Source: Deltaproteobacteria bacterium
Lineage (GTDB): Bacteria > Desulfobacterota > Dissulfuribacteria > Dissulfuribacterales > UBA3076
DNA: 64,000 nt
Assembly: GCA_018399745.1 (NCBI GenBank)
Contig: JAGYNZ010000005.1
Location: 23,765 to 87,764, forward strand
Direction of reading: 5' to 3'
The notes beneath the pieces were generated by a model that saw only the letters and a list, made by a program, of their open reading frames with translations, was not told where the DNA came from and searched no databases. Shown one piece after another: positions 10,318 through 18,422 of this stretch; the stretch's first letter is position 1; each line of letters begins with the position of its first letter. Both the position numbers and the translations under genes were made by a program.

Positions 10318-10818
10318 GTGTATACTGCCGGTGTCCTGACTGTCAGTGACAGTGTTTCCAGGGGGGCAGCGAGTGACGAATCCGGTCCTGTAATCCGCCG
10401 AATGCTCGGACGGCACGGTTACAATGTGTTCTTATACAAAACCGTCCCTGACGAAGTACAGGATATCAGAGGCATATTGATCAAGTGGACAGATATAAAT
10501 CATTTAGACATCATAGTTACAACGGGTGGTACCGGCTTATCTCCTCGGGACATTACACCTGAAGCCACGAAGTCCATAATAGAACGGACGATTCCAGGGA
10601 TTGCGGAGACCATCCGCATCAAGGGCCTTGATTCAACGCCAAGGGCCATGCTCTCAAGGGGGATTGCCGGGGTGCGGGACAAAACACTTATTATCAACCT
10701 GCCCGGCAGCCCATCGGCTGTGACCCATGGAATGGAAGTAATACTTCCGGTACTTGAGCACGCCCTGGATAAAATCAGGGGAGATACTACTCCCTGCCGG
10801 CAGGACGGCTTGAAATGA
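10318..10818 (+). CDS. MogA/MoaB family molybdenum cofactor biosynthesis protein
   Basis: 166 aa with a GTG start. VLTVSDS ... TTGGTGLSPRD ... INLPGSP blocks are typical of the MoCF_biosynth domain. Confidence 0.85.
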   Translation: MYTAGVLTVSDSVSRGAASDESGPVIRRMLGRHGYNVFLYKTVPDEVQDIRGILIKWTDINHLDIIVTTGGTGLSPRDITPEATKSIIERTIPGIAETIRIKGLDSTPRAMLSRGIAGVRDKTLIINLPGSPSAVTHGMEVILPVLEHALDKIRGDTTPCRQDGLK

Positions 10819-10908
10819 GAAACCTGAAATTGGAAATTAGAAATTGGGGAGAGATGAAACGAGCTCACGAGTTGGATATTTAAAAAACTGGCAGAAGAGT
10901 TATCAGAT
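10819..10908. repeat. Truncated copy of the heptamer-armed element (left arm plus the first ~50 nt of decayed cargo)
   Basis: GAAACCT GAAATTG GAAATTA GAAATTG gggagag ATGAAACGAG... begins immediately after the stop at 10816-10818. Similarity to the next copy ends near 10908, and there is no right arm. Confidence 0.7.
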
Positions 10909-10936
10909 AATATGATCATCCGACAGCTGACGGCTT

Positions 10937-11120
10937 GAAGCTTGAAATTGGAAATTAGAAATTGGGGAGAGATGAAACGAGTTTATGAATTGGATGTCTA
11001 CAAACTGGCAGAAGAGTTATCAGATTTGGTTTGGCAAAATTTTGATAAGTGGAACAAAAAAGTTCAGAACACTTTAACAGTAAAAAAGCGTGAAGGCCAA
11101 ATTTCCAATTTCCAGTTTTG
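10937..11120. repeat. Heptamer-armed inverted-repeat element carrying a truncated four-helix-bundle gene
   Basis: The left arm is GAAGCTT GAAATTG GAAATTA GAAATTG. The right arm is ggCCAAATTTCCAATTTCCAgtttt (11095-11120). Its right junction tgaaggccaaatttccaatttcca is identical to the copy at 56561. Confidence 0.75.
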
Positions 11121-11121
11121 A
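10972..11121 (+). pseudogene. Truncated four-helix-bundle (23S rRNA intervening-sequence type) protein gene remnant
   Basis: It encodes MKRVYELDVYKLAEELSDLVWQNFDKWNKKVQNTL..., which is only the first helix region of a family that is normally about 120 aa. The reading frame runs into the right inverted repeat. Confidence 0.6.
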
Positions 11122-11133
11122 AAGATATAGCCC

Positions 11134-12183
11134 ATGAAGTTAGGAATAGTCGGAATATCGGGTTCCGGTAAGACAACTATATTTAACGCCCTTACAGGAA
11201 GCGTTGCGGAGGTCTCTGCCTATCAGAAGGGCAAAAGAGAATCAAATCTGGCGGTAGTCAAAGTACCTGACAGCCGTCTGGATAGACTCTCGTCCATATA
11301 TAATCCTCAAAAGACCATTCATGCCCAGGTACAGTATGTGGATATAGGTGAGACCGTTTCTCCTGCGGAAGGCAGGGAATCTTCCATAGATGAACTCCTT
11401 AAACTCCTTCATCCTGTCGATGCCCTGGTTCATGTGGTCCGAAACTTTGACAGGTCCGGTGAGCCCCCCAGGCCACAGAGGGATCTGGAGGCCATGGAAT
11501 CAGAGCTTATTCTCACTGATCTCATCATTTTGGAAAAAAAGGTTGAGAGGCTGGAAAAAGAGATTACCAAGGCGAAGAAAGGGAATCCAGAGGAACTGGA
11601 ACTCCTTGAAAAGGCCAAGGGTATACTGGAAGGGGGAGATGCCTTAAGGAGATATTCAGAGATAGCCCAGTCCCCGATGATTAAGGGGTATGCCTTTCTT
11701 TCGGCAAAACCATGCATTGTAGTCCTTAACACGGAAGATGATGTAGGGCTTGGTGTTACAGACCTGCGAACTCCCAATGACACTGTCTTTGTAGAGCTTA
11801 AGGGGAGGCTTGAGATGGAATTGGCCCAGCTTTCACCGGAAGAAGCGGAACTCTTCAGGGAAGACATGGGCCTTGAAGAACCCGCCACTTTCCGTTTGAT
11901 CAAAGAATCCCATCAGCTCCTTGGCCTTATTTCCTTCTTTACCGTGGGAAAAGATGAAGTCCGCGCCTGGCCGATCCGGAAGGACACTCCTGCCCAGCAA
12001 GCCGCCGGGGCCATCCATTCCGACCTGGAAAAGGGTTTTATAAGGGCAGAGGTCGTATCCTACGATGATCTCATGGCATATGGTAGCCATTCCGCAGCCC
12101 AGAAGGCGGGAAGGGTGAGGCTTGAAGGCAAAAATTACCTTGTACAGGATGGAGATATTTTAAATATACGTTTTAATGTATAG
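11134..12183 (+). CDS. ychF: Redox-regulated ATPase/GTPase YchF
   Basis: 349 aa with P-loop GISGSGKTTIFNALTG. The C-terminal block EVRAWPIRKDTPAQQAAGAIHSDLEKGFIRAEVVSYDDL...GKNYLVQDGDILNIRFNV is the YchF signature. Confidence 0.9.
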   Translation: MKLGIVGISGSGKTTIFNALTGSVAEVSAYQKGKRESNLAVVKVPDSRLDRLSSIYNPQKTIHAQVQYVDIGETVSPAEGRESSIDELLKLLHPVDALVHVVRNFDRSGEPPRPQRDLEAMESELILTDLIILEKKVERLEKEITKAKKGNPEELELLEKAKGILEGGDALRRYSEIAQSPMIKGYAFLSAKPCIVVLNTEDDVGLGVTDLRTPNDTVFVELKGRLEMELAQLSPEEAELFREDMGLEEPATFRLIKESHQLLGLISFFTVGKDEVRAWPIRKDTPAQQAAGAIHSDLEKGFIRAEVVSYDDLMAYGSHSAAQKAGRVRLEGKNYLVQDGDILNIRFNV

Positions 12184-12219
12184 TTTAAAAACCGGCTTTC
12201 ATATAGCGTGAGCATTCAA

Positions 12220-12717
12220 CTATTTTCCCTTGTCCTGTTTCGTGGTGACTACCAAATTTATCTGGAGCGCCTTTTCCGAAGTGATGACGCTGATGCTGGC
12301 TGTGCGGTCATTTTTCCTGTATACCAGCATTGACTGGGGACCCATAATCATGGAGGTCTCTTCGACCCATCCCTTGGTATTCATCTTTTGCCTGTAAGTA
12401 TCCAGGATCTTGGACTGGTCGTCGCTGCTGGTAAGGGTAAGGGAATAGCCTTCCGGCACCTTCATGGCCATTAAGACCTCAGATGGACGGTAGATAAATA
12501 CATCGTCAGGGAAATCTGAGGGGATCTCGGTTTCTTCTCCTGCGGTGATAGTGTATTTGCCGTTTTCAGTCTCTCCGGTGATCTTCATCTTCTTATTTGA
12601 AAGATCCACATCGGTCTTTGTCCCGGTTGCCTTTTCAATTTTCTCTTCCTCAGCCCTTTCTCCGCACCCGGTTAAAAAGACAATGGAAAGAAATAAACAA
12701 AAAACGAATCTGGTCAT
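12220..12717 (-). CDS. Hypothetical lipoprotein
   Basis: It has a signal peptide with lipobox MTRFVFCLFLSIVFLTGC. The start is taken at the internal ATG (12717) rather than the ORF-track start (12741). Confidence 0.7.
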   Translation of the reverse strand: MTRFVFCLFLSIVFLTGCGERAEEEKIEKATGTKTDVDLSNKKMKITGETENGKYTITAGEETEIPSDFPDDVFIYRPSEVLMAMKVPEGYSLTLTSSDDQSKILDTYRQKMNTKGWVEETSMIMGPQSMLVYRKNDRTASISVITSEKALQINLVVTTKQDKGK

Positions 12718-12875
12718 TTTACCCTCCTCGCACGGGGTCAATTTATAAATAATGAGTGATTGACTAGTTCAGGGTTTTTCTCGAAACATTGTTATAATAT
12801 TTCATAGAGATTTTTATGTCTATGATTAAATCAGAATTTATTGTTCAAAAAAGATTGACAAAAGAATTTTAGAAT

Positions 12876-12894
12876 GTTAGTTAGCTTAACTTAA
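12876..12894. promoter_or_regulatory. Candidate DtxR/IdeR-family operator upstream of the regulator gene
   Basis: gTTAGTTAGCTTAACTTAA is an imperfect palindrome (AGTTA-GCT-TAACT core). It resembles the IdeR/DtxR box TTAGGTTAGGCTAACCTAA and lies 16 nt downstream of a TTGACA (12855-12860). Confidence 0.35.
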
Positions 12895-12924
12895 TTTTAT
12901 TAGATACTACTAATAAATATCCTC

Positions 12925-13494
12925 ATGAAAAATAAGAAAACAGGAAATACCGTGCCCAGACCATTGACACAGGCAATGGAAGATTATCTGGAGGCTATTT
13001 TTAATCTAGATCAGGAAAAACGTGTCGTTCGAGTAAAAAATATCGCCAAAAGGCTGGGGGTAAGAATGCCAACTGTTACCAATATGCTCAAGACCCTCAG
13101 CAAGAGGGAACTGATTAATTACGAAAAATATGAATATTTAGAGCTGACAGATGATGGAAGGGATATCGGGAAAGAAATATATCGAAGGCATTGTGTCTTG
13201 CGCAGTTTTTTGACGGATATTTTAAATATTGATTCTGTAACAGCGGACGAAGAGGCCTGTAAGATGGAGCATGCGATCAGTTCTTCAACACTGGACAGGT
13301 TCATAGCATTTATGGAGTTTGTTCAATCGTGTCCTCGAGTTGGTACAAACTGGCTTGATCATTTTGATGAGTATGGAAAAAAAGATAAAAATAGAGCAAA
13401 ATGCCTGGAGCATATGAAAGAATTTGTAGATGACTTTAAAGAAAAAATAGAAGCTATGGAAAAAAGGAGGGGAGACCACAATGGTCCTCAGTAA
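12925..13494 (+). CDS. DtxR/MntR family metal-dependent transcriptional regulator
   Basis: 189 aa. MEDYLEAIFNL...VRVKNIAKRLGVRMPTVTNMLKTL (wHTH) is followed by the metal-binding/dimerisation block RRHCVLRSFL...DEEACKMEHAIS. Confidence 0.88.
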   Translation: MKNKKTGNTVPRPLTQAMEDYLEAIFNLDQEKRVVRVKNIAKRLGVRMPTVTNMLKTLSKRELINYEKYEYLELTDDGRDIGKEIYRRHCVLRSFLTDILNIDSVTADEEACKMEHAISSSTLDRFIAFMEFVQSCPRVGTNWLDHFDEYGKKDKNRAKCLEHMKEFVDDFKEKIEAMEKRRGDHNGPQ

Positions 13495-13696
13495 TGCTGA
13501 TACAGAAAGAGAAGTAACACTTATAGATATAAGCGGAGGTGCGGGAATAAGATCAAAACTCTATAGCATGGGGCTTGTGCCGGGAACAAGTCTGAGGGTT
13601 TTAAACCGGAACGGACGTGGTCCGGTTATTATAGCTTTAAGAGATTCCAGAGTAGTTATCGGTTATGGTATGGCCAGTAAAATAATTGTGGGATAA
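13481..13696 (+). CDS. feoA: FeoA family protein
   Basis: 71 aa. GIRSKLYSMGLVPGTSLRVLNRNGRGPVIIALRDSRVVIG is the SH3-like FeoA pattern. It overlaps the regulator's stop by 14 nt. Confidence 0.8.
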   Translation: MVLSNADTEREVTLIDISGGAGIRSKLYSMGLVPGTSLRVLNRNGRGPVIIALRDSRVVIGYGMASKIIVG

Positions 13697-13751
13697 TTTT
13701 TTTTACCATAATAGTTAGAGATGTCTAATTAAAATATGACCTTCTAATAAT

Positions 13752-14045
13752 ATGGAAACGGATATTAAAAAAGATCTTGTCGCTGTCATTCATAGAAGTG
13801 CAGAAGAGCTTCATCAGAAAATAGACATGCAGTGTGATCTTGTAACCACTTTATTGGAGAAAAGAGCGGGTGATGAGACCATAAAACGACTGGCTTTGCC
13901 TGCTTATTTTCCTAATGAAAACAAATTAAAACAGGCCATCATGGAGGCCATAGATGTTCTGGAAGAGAGCAGAAAGGCATTTAAATCCAGGAAATTGGAG
14001 TTGTTACGCAAAAAACTTACTCAAGTATTAATAGAAGCAAAATAA
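13752..14045 (+). CDS. Hypothetical helical protein (97 aa) embedded in the feo locus
   Basis: Clean ORF that is charged and predicted helical. I recognise no family. Confidence 0.55.
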   Translation: METDIKKDLVAVIHRSAEELHQKIDMQCDLVTTLLEKRAGDETIKRLALPAYFPNENKLKQAIMEAIDVLEESRKAFKSRKLELLRKKLTQVLIEAK

Positions 14046-14122
14046 ATTAAAATATTAAAATAATAGATTTGGTATGTCTTGCGGTCTCCGGCCTTTTTAA
14101 AAAGGCGCGGATGTAAAGTGAA

Positions 14123-14170
14123 GGCGTAACTCAAAGCCTTATTGAAGGCGGAGGTTACGCCTTTTTTATT
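14123..14170 (+). terminator. Rho-independent terminator-like hairpin
   Basis: GGCGTAAC (14123-14130) pairs with GTTACGCC (14154-14161) and is followed by TTTTTTATTT. Confidence 0.7.
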
Positions 14171-14191
14171 TATCGTAGAGAGAATCAAAAA

Positions 14192-14416
14192 ATGACATTG
14201 GATGAAGTTACACCAGACCAGGAATGCGAAGTTATTGATGTTATTACTGAAGATGTTATAGGGCAACGGCTTTTGGATATGGGATTTATTCCGGGGGTCC
14301 GAGTAAGAGCTGTACGGAATGCACCCCTTGTAGATCCGGTTGAGTTTTTGTTGAAGGGATACCATATCAGCCTGCGACATTCCGAGGCCAAAAAAATAGA
14401 AGTAAAACTATTATGA
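14192..14416 (+). CDS. feoA: FeoA family protein
   Basis: 74 aa with RLLDMGFIPGVRVRAVRNAPLVDPVEFLLKGYHISLRHSEA. It has a 4-nt overlap with feoB. Confidence 0.85.
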   Translation: MTLDEVTPDQECEVIDVITEDVIGQRLLDMGFIPGVRVRAVRNAPLVDPVEFLLKGYHISLRHSEAKKIEVKLL

Positions 14417-16920
14417 GTAGTAAACCTGACAAAATCGTTGTGGCCTTAGTTGGACAGCCCAATTCAGGAAAATCCACAATCTTCAATATGCTCACCGGGG
14501 CCAGGCAGCATATAGCCAACTATCCGGGTGTGACAGTGGAAAAAAAGAGCGGCTTCTTCCATCAGGATGGGATTTGTATAGAACCGGTCGACCTTCCAGG
14601 AACCTACAGCCTTACTTCTTATACTGAGGAAGAACGGATTGCCAGAGACTTTCTGCTTACAGAAAGTCCCTCTGTTGTAGTTGATGTAATGGACGCCTCT
14701 AATTTGGAGAGAAGCCTGTATCTATTATTTCAAGTGGCAGAGATGGGTATCCCTATTGTTGTAAATCTCAACATGATGGATGTAGCAGAAAAGCGTGGAT
14801 ACAAGATCAATACGGAAAGACTGAGTCATCAGTTAGGAGTTTCTGTGATTTCGACGGTGGGAAACAAGGGCAGAGGTAAAGATAAATTAAAACAGGCGAT
14901 TTTGGAAAGCTCTAAAAAAGTAGACGCTGTCCCATTTCATATCAGCTACGGCGATGCCCTGGAGCCGATCCTGAATTCCCTTGAAAAAAGGCTTTCAGAA
15001 GATTCCGGCCTTTCACAGAGATATCCATTGCGGTGGCTTGCTGTAAAGTTGATGGAAAACGATGAAGAGGCACAAAGAGCTGTCAGGAGATACTCGAATG
15101 AAAATGATCAGATTTTGGCATTTGTGGAAGAAAAGACTGCAGACTTTATTCAAAAACATAAAAAATCACCAAAAAAGGTGATTGCCGTATCACGGCATTC
15201 CAATGCCCAGAAAATTATTGAAACAAGCCTATTACGCGAGAAAGAATTTACCAGAACACTTACGGATAAGATTGACAGTGCGGTATGCAACCGCTTTTCA
15301 GGTCCTGTTATATTAGCCGCCACCATTTATACAATGTATAATCTGGCCATAGTACAGGGGTATAAAATAACCACCTATACCTGGCCCTTGCTTGCATGGT
15401 CGCGGGATATCGTTGCCCTGCTTCTTCCTCCTGAAGGATTTGTCTTTGATCCTTTTATCCGCTCCATATCTCTGTGGGTCGTGGACGGGACTATTGCCGT
15501 TCTCAATTATATCCCCATCTTTCTTATCCTGTTTGCACTTATCGCTATCCTGGAAGATACCGGTTACATGGCCAGGATGGCCTTTATTCTGGACAGAATA
15601 TTCAGACACTTTGGTCTCCACGGACAGTCTGTTCTCCCCATGATTATAGGAGGACTTTATGTGGGCGGCTGTGCCGTCCCAGGAGTTATGGCATGCAGGG
15701 CCATGAAAGATGAGAAGGCCAAAATGGCGACCATCATGATCATGCCATTAATGAATTGTCTGGCCAAAATTCCTTTTTATGTACTCATGATAGGCATTTT
15801 TTTCGCTGCATATAGAGGAATTGCCATGTTTTTTATAGCCACTATCACCCTTATTATAGCTCTCTCCATAGCCAAAATCCTGAATCTTACAGTGCTGAAA
15901 AAGAAATTGAGCGCACCATTTGTCATGGAGATGCCTCCCTATCATATGCCCACTGTTCGGGGTGTGCTGTCTCGTTGTCTGGAGAGGACATGGCTGTTTG
16001 TCAAAAAGATCATTACTATCGTTATTGCAGTTTCTGCTGTTGTGTATGCCCTTCTTTATCTCCCAGGCCTGAGTGAGGAAAGGAAAATTCAATTCATTAC
16101 TCAGGGTAATCAGGCACAACAGAATTTCTTTAACAAAATTGGGAGAGATAACCCTTATGCCGGTCTTATAACCGGTGATAACTTAAACAAATTCAGCGCT
16201 TATTGGAATGATTACAGAAAGGCAAAGATGGGGGCTGGTAGCCAGGAAGCAATGGAGGCTATTGACCAGAAATTCAGGACAAAAGATCCTGAATTTTTCA
16301 AAATCGTAAAAAGAGGAAAATATGAAACAAAAGGCAGACTTATAAGAGATAAACAGGCAAAAGATGTATATAACGCTTACAAAGAGCTGGATAAGACAAG
16401 GAACAGGCTTCGAAGGGAACAAAATGAGGAGATTATTATCGCCAGCTTCATGGGGCGCACCGGAAGATTTATAGAGCCGTTAACCCAGTGGGCCGGCTTT
16501 AACTGGAGGATAAATATTGCCCTGATAAGCGCGTTTGCTGCAAAGGAAAACAGTGTCGCCACCCTGGGAGGAATTTACCAGTCATCTTCGGGGGAACAAA
16601 AAACCCTTGAAGAAAGGATAAAGGAAAAAGAAGGAGGTTGGACTCCTCTTCATGCGCTGGCCATAATGCTCTTTATGGCCATGTATCCTCCTTGTATCCC
16701 CACCCTGATGATGATTCATCTGGAAACTGCAAGCACGAAATGGATGTTGTTTGCCACCTTTTATCCCATAGTTTTGGGCATAATTATATCTATTCTTGTA
16801 TTCACCGGAGGAAACTTACTGGGCTTATCAGGATTTCAGGCCATGATCGCCTTTTATATCCTGGCCTTAATTCTTCTTATATCAATGGGTCTTATCAGGA
16901 GAGAAACGGAATTTACATAA
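14413..16920 (+). CDS. feoB: Ferrous iron transporter FeoB (with a hydrophilic insertion of roughly 110-125 aa in the membrane domain)
   Basis: 835 aa. The N-terminal G domain has GQPNSGKSTIFN, DLPGTYSL and NMMD. It has a polytopic membrane domain with gate-like motifs. Confidence 0.92.
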   Translation: MSSKPDKIVVALVGQPNSGKSTIFNMLTGARQHIANYPGVTVEKKSGFFHQDGICIEPVDLPGTYSLTSYTEEERIARDFLLTESPSVVVDVMDASNLERSLYLLFQVAEMGIPIVVNLNMMDVAEKRGYKINTERLSHQLGVSVISTVGNKGRGKDKLKQAILESSKKVDAVPFHISYGDALEPILNSLEKRLSEDSGLSQRYPLRWLAVKLMENDEEAQRAVRRYSNENDQILAFVEEKTADFIQKHKKSPKKVIAVSRHSNAQKIIETSLLREKEFTRTLTDKIDSAVCNRFSGPVILAATIYTMYNLAIVQGYKITTYTWPLLAWSRDIVALLLPPEGFVFDPFIRSISLWVVDGTIAVLNYIPIFLILFALIAILEDTGYMARMAFILDRIFRHFGLHGQSVLPMIIGGLYVGGCAVPGVMACRAMKDEKAKMATIMIMPLMNCLAKIPFYVLMIGIFFAAYRGIAMFFIATITLIIALSIAKILNLTVLKKKLSAPFVMEMPPYHMPTVRGVLSRCLERTWLFVKKIITIVIAVSAVVYALLYLPGLSEERKIQFITQGNQAQQNFFNKIGRDNPYAGLITGDNLNKFSAYWNDYRKAKMGAGSQEAMEAIDQKFRTKDPEFFKIVKRGKYETKGRLIRDKQAKDVYNAYKELDKTRNRLRREQNEEIIIASFMGRTGRFIEPLTQWAGFNWRINIALISAFAAKENSVATLGGIYQSSSGEQKTLEERIKEKEGGWTPLHALAIMLFMAMYPPCIPTLMMIHLETASTKWMLFATFYPIVLGIIISILVFTGGNLLGLSGFQAMIAFYILALILLISMGLIRRETEFT

Positions 16921-16936
16921 AAAAGGAGGTGACATA

Positions 16937-17260
16937 ATGAAAAAACCAGTAGCGATCCTTATTGCTTTTTTTGCCTTTACGGTCCTTATGAATACCTGGG
17001 CCATGGCCCATACTCCTCTCTGCTCATGCTCTGATGAAGGAGATGGAACCATTCTTTGTGAAGGGGTTTTTTCAGACGGATCTTCGGCTGCCGGGGTAGA
17101 GATACGGGTGCAGGATTCAGCAGGAAAGGTCCTGATAAAAGGCAGAATGAACGATGATAGCGAGTTTGCGTTCGATAAACCCAAAGGTCCCTATAAGGTG
17201 CAGTTTGATGCAGGACCGGGTCATCTGGTGGAAGTACCGAGCTCAGAAATTATGGAGTAG
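16937..17260 (+). CDS. Small secreted Cys-rich beta-sandwich-like protein (transthyretin/carboxypeptidase-regulatory-like)
   Basis: 107 aa with signal peptide MKKPVAILIAFFAFTVLMNTWAMA. The mature N-terminus is HTPLCSCSDEGDGTILCEG, followed by GVEIRVQDSAGKVLIKGRMNDDSEFAF. Confidence 0.7.
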   Translation: MKKPVAILIAFFAFTVLMNTWAMAHTPLCSCSDEGDGTILCEGVFSDGSSAAGVEIRVQDSAGKVLIKGRMNDDSEFAFDKPKGPYKVQFDAGPGHLVEVPSSEIME

Positions 17261-17390
17261 AGATTAAAGGTTCAATTTTCCTAAAGAAGATTTTTTAATA
17301 ATCTTCAGAAACCTTCAATCTGTGGACGGGATTAAAAAATAATTAATATAAATCAACCAGTTAAAAAGTAATTTGTAAGAGAGGTCGAAC

Positions 17391-18215
17391 ATGAAAAAAT
17401 CAGTGCTGGCATTGTCTCTGGCCATGGCCTTCGTATTGTACGTACCGGCCTATGGCCATTTTCAGATGATTTATTCGCCGGACAGCGTGCCAAAATCAAA
17501 AGCACTCAACCTGAAGCTCGTCTTTACCCATCCGTTTGAGGCAGGTCACACCATGGATATGGGAAAAGATGAAAGAGGGGAAATTCATCCCCCTATTGCC
17601 TTTGGTGAAATGAACAAGGGAAAGAAAAAGAATCTGCTTGATACGCTAAAACCCATTATCTTTAAAAGCCTTACCAACGAAGGCAAGGCCTACGAGGCCG
17701 ATATAAGACTCAAAGGAATAGGGGATCATATATTCTATTTTGTCCCTGCACCTTATTATGAAGGTTCGGAGGATATATATATTCAGCATTGCACAAAAGT
17801 CATATTCAATGTTGCCGGTGCCCCGACAGACTGGGATCAGCCGGTGGGTGATCCTTTGCCCGTGGAAATTGTCCCCCTGGATAAACCTTATGCACTCTGG
17901 GCAGGAAATGTCTTCCGCGGCATCGTAACATACCAAGGAAAGCCGGTTCCATATTCACAGATCGAGGTAGAGTACCTAAATCATGATGTGACAGGGAATG
18001 CCTTTGCTCAGGAGGCCAGGGTAGAAGCCCCCCACGATGCCCTGATTACCATGACTATAAAAGCGGATGCAAACGGTGAGTTTGTATTCGGTATTCCTAA
18101 AGCAGGTTGGTGGGGTTTTGCAGCGCTGGGAGCAGGCGGAGATCTTAAATACAATGGAAAGGAACTCTCTCAGGACGCAGTTATATGGGTACAGGCCCTT
18201 GATATAACCGAATAA
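17391..18215 (+). CDS. DUF4198-like periplasmic metal-uptake protein
   Basis: 274 aa with a signal peptide. The mature start GHFQMIYSP and the beta-rich body match my recollection of DUF4198 (annotated with Ni/Co uptake systems). The family call is from memory only. Confidence 0.65.
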   Translation: MKKSVLALSLAMAFVLYVPAYGHFQMIYSPDSVPKSKALNLKLVFTHPFEAGHTMDMGKDERGEIHPPIAFGEMNKGKKKNLLDTLKPIIFKSLTNEGKAYEADIRLKGIGDHIFYFVPAPYYEGSEDIYIQHCTKVIFNVAGAPTDWDQPVGDPLPVEIVPLDKPYALWAGNVFRGIVTYQGKPVPYSQIEVEYLNHDVTGNAFAQEARVEAPHDALITMTIKADANGEFVFGIPKAGWWGFAALGAGGDLKYNGKELSQDAVIWVQALDITE

Positions 18216-18277
18216 TAGATTGATTTACCGGACTTAATTTTGTCTTACGGGTTTCGACTCAGGGCGGAACAAGTGAA

Positions 18278-18323
18278 GGCGCAGCAAGGCTGAATAAAAA
18301 CAGGCCTGTTGCGCCTTTTATTT
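18278..18323 (+). terminator. Rho-independent terminator-like hairpin
   Basis: GGCGCAGCAAGGC (18278-18290) pairs imperfectly with GCCTGTTGCGCC (18304-18315) and is followed by TTTTATTT. Confidence 0.6.
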
Positions 18324-18422
18324 GGACTAAAAACAAGGTGCAATAATTATTTATGTCTAATAATTATTAGAAATTCAGGCATTTAAGATACAACAAAAAA
18401 TTATTGAAGGGAGAAAGGTATT

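Noticed and set aside
14071-14170. Assignment of the shared leader/terminator element to a known riboswitch class (czcD/NiCo, yybP-ykoY Mn, M-box, cobalamin, c-di-GMP)
   Set aside because: I could not find the conserved cores I remember for these classes (for example, no B12 box and no GEMM or yybP-type conserved junction sequences). It is kept only as an unclassified candidate.
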